Origin: Tubiluchus corallicola
Lineage: Eukaryota > Animalia > Priapulida
NCBI GenBank assembly: GCA_030141605.1
Contig: JAQGDQ010000029.1
Span: forward strand, 248,001-312,000
DNA: 64,000 bases
Direction: 5' to 3'
A program made the translations under genes and the position numbers. Within the stretch, counting starts at the first letter, position 1. Each line of letters begins with the position of its first letter. A model generated the notes under the pieces. That model saw only the letters and a list, made by a program, of their open reading frames with translations. It did not search any database and was not told the DNA's origin. Positions 25,720 through 36,700 of the stretch are shown in pieces.

Positions 25720-26850
25720 GCACGCATCCAATACTCAGAGCAGTACCTACTTAACCTTAATGGCTATGGCGGGATGCAAACTTAAACCTATCTAATAATC
25801 ATTTATTGAACCGATTAAATGCAAATTTTCGTGAATATAGTCTCCCACTACGAGATAGATAACCGGAACCAGATACACAACCGCTCAGAAGCGATTCGCT
25901 TGTTGGATACCCACCCATTTACTAACTAAATCTACCGTTGTTTAGCTTTTATCAGTTAAATCAGTTAAAACGTTGTTAATTTTTTTATCGTATTGTAACA
26001 AAAAGTATTGATACCGGTGCAAACTAAAAACTTCAGAATGTGAAAGATGTGAAAAACAGCTTTCAAGTCGCGACTTTATCATTTGGTCATTTTCATCTGC
26101 GACGTGGGCAAAAAACGCCTTTGCTTTCAGTAGAGCGAATTGAAGGCTTCTGATCGACTAAACTTGGACTAAAGATTTTTAAAAAACTTTAACTCTATTT
26201 GTAATATCGCTTCAGAATAAGATTAATGTGATTTTCAATTTCATTAATTCAATTTAATCGCTTAAGTAGCAAAGATTTTTTATATTGTCTTTTGAATGTC
26301 AAATTGGGCGACAACGTCCACAAAACATGTTTTCCAGCATCATACTTTGTTATTATTACCAAGCTTTCGGTTCACAGAATAGGCCTTACCGGGCCGGATA
26401 TGAAAATGTTTTTCGTGATCGTCGCCATTAGTTTAAATAACCTATAAGGAGTCAAAGCATAGTGTCCCAGATCAATCGAAGTTATTGATTTGTAACATTG
26501 TGTACCTAATCAATTGAAATTACATGCATTGACTTTCTATTATGTGTTCCCAAATCAATTGAAATCACTGATTTTTAACATGATATCGTCAATCAACTGA
26601 AATTATCGATTTGTTAACCTGGTGTCCCGAATCAATTTAGCTAATGATTTTACTATTGCATTCATGTGAAAGCAGCATTATTAAACATAGAGCAATACTT
26701 CGCATTTTTTAGGCTATAGCAGAGTTAGCTGCTCAGATTTTCAAGTTAGCATTAGGCGACGATATGAAACCCAGCAAGCGTAACGCTGAATTAATCAACA
26801 GTTTACTTGGCATCCCGGACATAGGGCGCATTGGAAGACGACGCAAATAA
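25426..26850 (+). CDS. pdf: Pigment-dispersing factor (PDF/PDH/cerebrin family) neuropeptide precursor, 83 aa, coding exons 25426-25539 and 26713-26850
   Basis: Spliced product MPSQRVVVLGCFLVFNLCLACAQNQAPGGQELQYSERT|AIAELAAQIFKLALGDDMKPSKR-NAELINSLLGIPDIGRI-GRRRK*: hydrophobic signal peptide, PDH precursor-related peptide motif (QELxYxER..AELAAQI), dibasic KR site, NxELINSLLG signature, amidation Gly plus basic cleavage site. Phase-0 intron gtgagt...ttttttag; upstream acceptor at 25421-25422. Confidence 0.93.
25653..25715. repeat. (CT)n microsatellite in the PDF intron
   Basis: Directly visible. Confidence 0.95.
26458..26655. repeat. Degenerate tandem repeat of about 39 bp (about 5 copies) in the PDF intron
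   Basis: Recurrent ATCAATTGAAATTA..GATTT..TAAC..GTGTCCC units. Confidence 0.7.
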
Positions 26851-26861
26851 ATGGCAAAAAG

Positions 26862-26924
26862 GTAAGAGTTTCAACTGTAACGGTAACGTAAAACCTTATA
26901 CTGCTAACAGTTCTTTGCCTGCAG
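26862..26924 (+). other. Short 3' UTR intron of the PDF gene
   Basis: Donor AG|gtaaga 11 nt after the stop codon, branch-point-like ctgctaac and acceptor ttctttgcctgcag. Confidence 0.6.
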
Positions 26925-27402
26925 ATACTTGATTTCATATCTGTCTAATTCACTCGTACAAATACTCGTTAATAACGATTTTAAAATGCGCAAAATTGCC
27001 GGATGTGTGAATCTGGCTTGACGTGTTGCTGCGACAAGAACGGCAACGGCAATCTGTTCAAATCGGGAAACTCTTTATGCACAATTGCTACTCTGACCTA
27101 TGCCCGCTGATGGGGAAAAGTAGTGGCGTTTTATCAGTTACCATTTTATCTTATTATTGAACTACATAAACTTTAAGGGAAAACTTTTTTAAGAGGGTAA
27201 CACACTCTGTTTATATTATTATTTATTCGACATACACATACATGTTTACAACAAACATATACATGCAGTTCAATTACATTAATTTCATTACTGCGTCCAG
27301 ATAACAAGTACGTGTTTTGCGTATCAACAACTATTTTTCATTCAAACATTAAAGCACAAGAAATTTTCAGTTTGGGTGTGCAAAACCATTCTTTCCCTCT
27401 TG

Positions 27403-27584
27403 AGCGGCGTTAACCAGACATTCGGAATGCACTATGCGGATTCCACCTGCGGAAAGAATCAGTAGGAAATGGCTGCAGGAAAAAATAACGCATAATACAG
27501 GTCCGGTAAACGGTGCATTGAGAGCAATATAAACCGATTTTATCCATTCCGCATCCGCATTTCGGATGTCTGGTAAACGCCGCT
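27403..27584. mobile_element. PIF/Harbinger-type MITE
   Basis: About 28-bp TIRs AGCGGCGTTAACCAGACATTCGGAATGC / GCATTTCGGATGTCTGGTAAACGCCGCT with 3-bp flanks TTG / TTA. Confidence 0.75.
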
Positions 27585-28551
27585 TTATAGTTTCTCTGCT
27601 GTCCGGCGCGCAAATTTAAATATAAATCGAAATGTTCAGTTTTCTATCTTTTGCGTTTACTTTCATTGATCATATTGAATTTCAGTTTGTTAATGAAAAT
27701 GCGTTTATTCCGAGTTACTTTCATTTAATATTTTGTAAAAATTTCGGATGGTTAGAAAGTTTTTTCTCTGACGACTATGAAGAAATTATCGTCGAAATTT
27801 TAAATTTAGCTCAACGTACTGCAGCGTAACTGCCTTTAGAAATCTTTGCTGGCGGATTTCATTCGTTATATTATATTTTCGTTAATTTTATGCTTTTAAT
27901 TTTACATTGTTCTTCTGGTCTATAACAGCTAATACTGTTTATCATACGCCTGCATTGTGTAAAAGGAAAAGAAGGCCTGGCGAAAAAATTAATAACAGGT
28001 CAGCGAAGTTAAATGCTGTAAAAGCAGTCTTTAATGATTGACAGATCGTAGGAATCAACTTGATCACGTGACATCATTTTTTTCAGATCCAGGACACGGC
28101 TGATGGCATGTAAATAGTTGACGATTTTCAGTTACAGGCAAAAACCGGATACAATTATTTTTATACAAAAACTTAGTAGCTACAGTAGCAGCAGTTCAAG
28201 ACAAATCAATGATTTAGCTGTGATTATATGCTTGACTTTAATGATCGTGTAATTTATTTATTACTGAAATCTCTTACGTGTTTAATCAGATTAAGTAGTT
28301 GCAGTGTTATGATAAATGTTCAGTTTAGTTCCTGATGCGCTGCGCAATTCTACTGTTGCCCCAGATCAATTTGGCAGCGAGTAAGTCTGCTTAGATAATT
28401 GCTAATTTTTCCCTTAACTTATGACCAATGAAACATAGCTCATCTCTTAGGGAAGTTTGAATAGATATTAGAGGTGAATAGCTACTGTCCATAGCATTCT
28501 AAATAATTTCTACGATTAAGCTTTTGTTATTAAGAAACATGTAGTAATGTT

Positions 28552-28920
28552 AACCCTATGATACACCAAAGTGTCCAGCATCTGGAAGCGAGAAGGAACG
28601 TTGATATTGTGATTGATGAAACCAAAGATTTTGGCAGCAGACGCGGGTAACTTTTCCTATTTTTTGACCAACTGGCGTCCAGCGTCTGTTTCTCAACCAC
28701 AATGATGGCTGTGGGCATGTGAATTATTACACGAATAAATAACGTAAGAAAAGAAAGCATTACAAAAATAAATTTGATATAGACCCGTTTGTTTTTCTGT
28801 GAAGAACGTAGATATCGCGACGCCGAACGCTTTGATGTCAACATACTACCCAGTGAACGCTAGACCTTAGACGCTGGAAGCCAGTGGCCAGACTCTGGAC
28901 GTTTTTGTGTTCATACGGTC
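28552..28920. mobile_element. Degenerate MITE with outer and inner inverted repeats
   Basis: Outer ACCCTATGATACACCAAAGTGTCCAGCATCTGG vs CCAGACTCTGGACGTTTTTGTGTTCATACGGT; inner ACTGGCGTCCAGCGTCT vs AGACGCTGGAAGCCAGT. Confidence 0.55.
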
Positions 28921-28959
28921 TATAGTCTATGCAGTGTATTGCCTGCCCCATAATACTAG

Positions 28960-30690
28960 TTAAAAATCTAACAGTTTGTTTGATAAACAAAGTTAATAAC
29001 ATGCTAAATAACTAATGCAGGAGAAAGTAACTTTTATGCAATGCATACAAGTATCTAAAAAATAAATGTAGGCATTTTCGATGTGCCCTAAAATATGTTG
29101 AATCATTTAAACATTGACATCATATAAAAAAATCTGTAAAAAATAAATGAATTCACCTTTGGCTTTATTTCAACCTCTGCTGTTGACTATATTGTACACG
29201 TTGTTACTTTAGACATTCTGTTTTTATTCGTAATAATAATAATACTAATAATTAAACAATTACATGGTTAAAGGCAACCTATAATAGTATGACTAAATTT
29301 TATGCTTCCGGTTTGTTTTTAAATGTCAAATTGCCAACATTTTTATTTTATTATAGTAAAATTATTCGTACTTCAATAATTATAGTTGTTGTACCGGAAT
29401 TCGTCAAAAGATCACTATCAGGGTCAGATGGTTTTAGAATCATTATACTACGATACAGATTATTTGAAACCAAAGTATGATTTGACAGTTGCAATTGTAA
29501 CGTCATTTGTACGTCATTTCTTAGGCTGCAAATTTTTGCTTTTCCAACATTTCATTATTTCATTAATATATAGAGAAAAGTTATGAAAAGATCAAATTGA
29601 ATACAGCTGGGTTGAAAGAATTGTAATTTGTTTCGACTTGATTTTGCTGTCTTAGAACATATAAATCCACATTAAATATATTTACATTAGTACATTTACT
29701 TGTTCACTAAAGATATCATATACACACGTACCCTTATAAAGGCTACAAATTCCAAAAATTCCGCATCATCTCAGCACTAGAAAGGGACGTATTAGATCAG
29801 GGCTATTTTAAAATTGTAGAAGCGTCGGGAATTAATTTTTATTTGTAGAAAACATGCGGAACAACGCACGAGGAATGGCAGATAACGGATAGTTTGAGGC
29901 AGTAATTTTTTTAGGTAATTGTTAGACGTTAATCTTTATTGAACATATAATGTAAATAAGCAAACGCTTTATCAGCCTAAGCCAGCTCAACAGTACTGTC
30001 GCAAAAAGACTAGCAAATAACAAGCCAGACATCACTTTTAAGATCATTAGCGTGTTTACTAGCGTGATATAACACCATTAACCAAGGTTTGTCTGAGCAG
30101 CACAGGCCAAACCTGCAATTTATTTTAATGCAGGTGAATCGAGTGAAGGCTGAATTAACTGAGCCTCAGATGCCTATAAATCAAAATATTTGTTTTCTAT
30201 TACCTATTAGTTAATGCGTATAATTAACAACTGACAAGCAGTATTCTCTGTTACAAATCAAAGGTAAAGCATATGGCAATCGATCAATATGAAATTCTTC
30301 ACCTTTAAATACCAAAATATAAATTGAAAATGAGTGCTGGAGCTGAAAGGAGAAATCTCGCTCAGCGGTAATTAATCAAAATAAAAAGAAAATAAGTTTT
30401 CACCTATAATGTGTTATTAATTAACTGTAATATCTCACTCACACGTATCATGTCATAGCTAAATTGTAATGTTCAAAATGATTCTACCAGAAAATACATA
30501 TTGTGTTACCTGCCTCACAATAATACTTAAAAATCAAGTTGCTTGTTGACAAATAAAATTAACAAAATGCTAAGTAACTGATGCAGGCGAATATGACTTT
30601 TATGCAGGAAATACAGACATAAAAAATAAATGTAGGCATTTTTGAAGTGCACTGAAAAACATGTTGAAACCTTTAAACACTGACACTAAT
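28960..30690. repeat. Diverged direct repeat of about 170 bp (about 28960-29130 and 30525-30690)
   Basis: Shared blocks TGCTAA.TAACT.ATGCAGG.GAA..T.ACTTTTATGCA and AAAAATAAATGTAGGCATTTT.GA.GTGC.CT.AAA.ATGTTGAA.C.TTTAAACA.TGACA. Confidence 0.75.
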
Positions 30691-33600
30691 AACATGCAGT
30701 TCGTAAACAAACGAATAACTTCAAATAAAAGGACTACCATGAGGAGATAACATAATTTCAAAAATTTTGGTGCAAAGACCCACCAGTTATCCACTAACGT
30801 AAAAAAGTAAGTTACATCCTCAGAAAGTCTGCACTCCGTTGAGCAAGTCCACACTAGCAAAACAGTGGGAAAGTGGTTCAAACCAAGTCATTAATAGCCA
30901 GAAACTAAAGTCCTTCAGAACGATATACTATTAAAAGTTAATTTATTTTCTGATACAAACAAAACAGAGCTCGTTTTTAAAGAGTTCAAGATCTATACTT
31001 GGTAATTTAGGCAATTGATTAATGCATCCATGTCTGCTCTCGCTGCAGTACATTATTCTCGTTTTCTAAAATTTCTCATATTCTTTTGCACAGTCTCTAA
31101 CTGAGAAGCCACCAGCGTTAGCCAGCACGGGGTTAGATTTGCTGAAGAAAGCTTAGGCGTTAGTTGCGCTTGGTTTTTGCTATTTAATCAGTTTTACAAT
31201 AAGTCAACTAGTTACATTTTCGTCGGTTAAGCATTTTTCAAAAAAAAATACAAATCATATGTTCAAACGAATTTGACAAGCAAACTGACACTGATTTTGG
31301 GGCAAAATAGTTTCGCATTGGATACCTTTTTCACAATCATCTACTTCATCAAAACACAACCCTCCTATTCCACAAATGAATTTCCTAAGCTATTAAGTCC
31401 ACTTGTTCCACAGACTTGTTATTTATAAAAGTGCCGGCACTCATATTTTTCTGCAGGCCCATTCTTGGGTTTGTTTAAACCTGGTAACTAGCAACGCCAG
31501 TGACAATACCAGTGGCGTGACAATTAGTAATTGATAAAAGAGTAACTACCCTCTATTCGTTCATGATCTCACTCATTACACACAAAATAGAATAAAACTT
31601 AATGCTTGTCTTACACTATCTCAAAAGTTCCCTTCTCTGCATTACAAAATTATCATTGTTGAAACAAGAAGTTATGAAGAAACGAAAACACGTGATTGCG
31701 TTTTTAGATCGAAACGGAAAGCAAAACCACAAGCAGGGGATAGAAAACCGTGTCAAATTATTTAATACAACAACGGCAATAACGACAACGACAACAGCAA
31801 CACAAAAAGCTACAGCAACGTAAAACAAAAACAACAGCAATAACAACAAAAAGTAAATCTAATTTACTACCAGTTCGAAGACACTCTGCAAAGCCTCCTC
31901 CCAATAAGCTTTTTATCATCAAAGTAATTTGTATTAAAAACAAAGAGAAAGTTTCTATGGTCATACAGTGCAACTACTGCTTCTATAAACAACAAATGCA
32001 AAGATGAGATTTTTAAAATATCTGAGGAGTAATTGACGAAATTAAAAGCTTTCTCTTCTGCCTGCACTCTGCAAGAAAGACATACACATTCTACAGTTAC
32101 TACTAAATTTTAATCCTTTCTGCGTGTGAAGAATAGACCACTTGTTAGATACCGTAAAGATGTATTGATGAGCTGGGACTAGTGCAACAAAATAACGAAC
32201 ACAGATACGGTTTTAAATGACGTCTTTGTAACATTTTACGTTGACGTAGTTGTCAGGTGTGTTTTTTGTTCATTCATAATTTCCGACATTACTACAAAGT
32301 CATTCATGTTTTTACGTGCTGGAAATTGTGTACATGCAGGTATCCATGAGATAATAAGGTCAATCTCTTCAAAGTATCACACAAGTTTTTACGCACCCAC
32401 TAAGCTTATTACACAGTTTATCCGAGATTTAAGTTAATCCCTCCCACCAGTGTCAGACATTCATTCAACAGCTCTATAGTCTAAGATTATGAATGAACGC
32501 AGCTTCTGTAACTAGTAAGACTGATTACAGATACGTGATCAGTCCGCTCACGTGGGTGGGAAAAAGTCTAGCTAAGTTGATGTAACTTTATGGCTTCAAA
32601 CAACGCCGTGGCTTCAACACCATCAGAATGAATAGAAGGAAGTGATTTCAGCATCAGTTTTAAGTTCTAAAAAGCGAAAAATCTACGCACACCGTAGTTT
32701 GTTACATTTAATTTTTGTTTCTCTTTTTTTCCTAAGCACGGATTGTTATTATCAAACAGAAGGCACACCAACATTAGCTGTTAATTAGAAGGGTTTTAGG
32801 AACAAACTCAAAACGGACTGTTTCGGTCATACTTCACATTCTATATCTACACGAGAAGGACTACAGAAAGACGTACTAATTCGATAAATTTTACGTGCAT
32901 AAAAGTTGTGGTATTAGTAATGTTCCTATACAATACAGATAACTACGTTATACTATACTTTACTGTACTGTACTGTATATTAGGCAATCACAAAAATGCT
33001 GACCTTTGAATGAAGTTTATAATTTCTGAAATGGATTAAGAATTTGGTGTCACAGTTTAGAGGAAAATTCACTACTGAACTTTGTCTATTTTTAAAAAAG
33101 CAAGTAGAAAAACATTATAGTTCAACACTGTAAAGAACAAGAGCATTCAAAATTTTAAACTTTGGTAAAAGACAGCAGCTGAATGAAATTTTCATATAAA
33201 TAACGGAATGCTGTCAATAAACTCAATGTTTAACATATGACACAACAATAAACAGCAAAATCTTTAAAACTCCATAAAACTGCTTTTCTAAATTAACTTG
33301 GCAAACTAATGCAACTTTACATTCTGTCATAAAACAAAATTCAAAATTTGCAGCAATGGCAGATTAACACAAAACTATTGCTACATCTTACTATGACGGA
33401 CTAATGAAAACTAAACACACTTACTAATACATAATTATAAATTAAACATTCGAATGCTGACTCAGTATGATTCATTTTAAAAATATAACTTTTAGCATTA
33501 GTGTTTTACCTCAGGTTAGCTAAGTGACTAATATTACTGTAACCAAATTGTATGTGACGCCTAACCAAAGTGATGCCAGAACCATAACATAAAAATGTTA

Positions 33601-33796
33601 CTTAATAATTTTCTTATCTACAAGACACACCAAAAATATAAAACATATAAAGAAGCTACTGGCAATAATAAAGGCTATAATACAAATACAAATGCTGCAT
33701 AGTTTCCGAACGGTACATTTATAAAAAACTTTTAAAAGCGAGCACAGATTGAAATGTTTCGTAACTTCTTTCACAGCACAACAACAGATAGTTGCC

Positions 33797-36700
33797 CTAG
33801 CAAAAATCTCTATTATTAGCACAGCGGGACTTTAATTCTTCTGTTATCTCACCCAGCAAAGTCAATAATGTAATGTCCGTAACAGTCTTCAGTGAATCAC
33901 TCCTCCCTAAATAGAACAAAATTAAAATAAACCTAAATAAATCAAATACCTACATGCACAAATTAATTAATTTTATTAATCAACAAATTTATTATTAAAA
34001 ATGCAAGGCTTTCAAAAATTATAATTATAAGCAAATTAATTAATTAACAATCAAAACTCTGCCTGACGAGACGTGGTTAAGATTCAAAATATCAAAGAGA
34101 AACAGAGAATCTACCTGTTCAAAATTGGTTAAGATCCAGTAAATCGAACAGGAACAAAATTTTACAAGTCTTTACAATCTGAAGACAATGTCATAGAAAA
34201 GCATGAGGTACCCTGGGCAGTCTTATTGATAATCAGACATGCTAACCAATGAATAACTGTTTCATCATGCACTGTAACAAATTACAAATTCAGCATCTTC
34301 CTTTTTAAGAAATTTAAAGATTAGAATAACGTCTGGAAATAATTATATTATAATTCATGAAATACGAATCCATCTATGCTTGTCATACACTAACTAATTT
34401 TTCATTATCGCAAAAACTCAACGTCATTTGAGTTCCTTAATGAAGTTCATAATCAGGTGCAATCATACATACAGCATCTAGCTAATAAAATGTTATTTCT
34501 AAAACAAGCAATGAGAAAAAACATATTGAGCTAAATGAAACAATAGCTAAAGTCTGCAAATCAAAAAATAATTTTTGAACTAGCTGTATTAATCCTTCCC
34601 TCTGCAGAACTAAGCCCAATAATCAGCTTGTCACTTTAATGCATATAGGTACCAGCAGAGTTGTGTTGGGTTAAATTTGAAAATGTTTCCACAGTTTTTA
34701 AATTCAAAGTAGTAAGTTCGATTTGACTTGGTTTTACATTGTGCATGCATGAGGTGCCCAGGAAAAACTATTCAGTACAGTACAAAATTAACAAAGAAGG
34801 GGTTTTGCAAACTGAAAAAAAACTTGGTGGCTTAATAACTATATAATTATAATTATAAAAACTATAAGAAAATGTTTAGCTGGCTCAGCTGGAAACCCGA
34901 GGGCCTCTCTTTAAGCAAGCTGTTTCTCGGGAATGAGTTTGCGTCTTGTTGTGTGATTGAGCACAAATGGCCAATGATCGGTGATTCACGATGCATTATT
35001 ATAAGACTGTTTACCCCGTGGGGAACTTAAAAATCAATTGTCCTCACAATTAATGTGGTGAAATCAAGCAGAAATTGTCTGCACAGAAAGATATGGACTG
35101 TCCTTTATAAATTAGTAAAAAGGACAGATCATCAATGGAATCTTTTTGTTTCAAGCATTTTGTAGCAATTATGTATGGTTAACCTGTATGCAATAATAAG
35201 CAACTTACGTGTCGGGGATTTAACGCTTAGAAGACTATCCAATGACAACTCTGACATCACAGAATCTGCCACTAGAAAAACAAATGACAAATTCCAAATT
35301 CTTCACTAATATCATATTTCGTCTTAACTTGTAATTTCTAATTTACTCCTTACATAAGGAATTGTGATTATCATCACAAATGCAAGAATTAAAATACTAA
35401 CATAAATACATTAACATTGGTGGTAAAAAGTATAAACTAAATTACTCTTTGTTGTGTGGTATAATGTGTAGTAATAAGTTGTCGCAGTATAAAAATGTTT
35501 TAAAAACACTTACGCGGCTCCTGTGAACGACTGACTGTATGTTTAACTGGCAACCCGAGGGCTTCTCTTCGAGCAAAGTGTTTCAGCACCTCCTTTACAG
35601 TCTTAACCTTAGGACTGCGGATGGGCAATGTGTTTACATCTTGTTCTGTCAATGAGCTCAAATGACCAACGGTCGTTACTTCACGAGATGCAAAAACCTG
35701 TTGCAAACCCTTTACCCTATAAACAAATGAAGGATTGAAGAAAGATGTGGTTTTAATATATTACTAAAAACATCCATTAATTAACCCTAAAACTTTCCGC
35801 TACTTGAAATCACATAGCTATCACAGAATAATTATTTAATTCTAAGCTCTTCTGATAGCACAATGTCCAAATGACATTCTACTTCCCACATGCTGATGGC
35901 AACTGCTGACTACATTAAATATTGAACTTCTAGTAAATAAAAACTCAAATTAAATTTTACGTAATGAAATTGCAAAATGCAGCCTTTGCTTATTTACAAC
36001 AGGAAAGTTACATAACCTTTAATTTTGGGTTCAATCACATGCTTCTTTCTTGTAATATAAATATTGAATTTTGTGATTCAAATTATGTTGCACAGATCAT
36101 AATCAAGAAATATCAATTAAGTGAGGTTTGTGTGTGAAGTATGAGTAACACTTACGTTTAGCACTCATGAGCTTCATTCACATCAAGCATCAATACCAAA
36201 AAAAAAACATTTGGCCATTACTGATGGCCTCGATTTAACATTTTAGTTGTGGAATTTTTTCTCACAAGGTGTGATAGAAGAAAGTAGTATAACAATGTTT
36301 AAAAGCATTGATTAGCAATTTTTTCTGCAACAAATGCAGTCAGCTTATTGTGAGAAAAGACCTTAGTTTTCCTAACAATTCTATGTAAAACAAAAGATAA
36401 TTTCGTTTGAACTTTAATATCACATAGGCTGTGCTATGTTAAATTATTTAACACAGATTTCATTTACAAGTGGCAGAGACTTGGTGTTGCAATTTCTACT
36501 AATTAAAAAAGTTATTCAAAGCAAAAATGAGTGATGCAAAACCTACCACATAGAAGACGTTAGTTGGTACAAAACACTCTGAATTGGCTCCTCTGAACTA
36601 ACTAGCTCTGGGCAAATTGGTTCTTTATTATCTAACGAAACCAAATCACTGTCGTCTGAGACAGGCTATACAAAAAATAAAAAAATTATAATAAAGAATA

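Noticed and set aside
20500-28072. CACGTG E-boxes around the PDF gene as clock-control elements (about 20502 and 28066)
   Set aside because: A few 6-mers are expected by chance; TSS unknown and no clustering.
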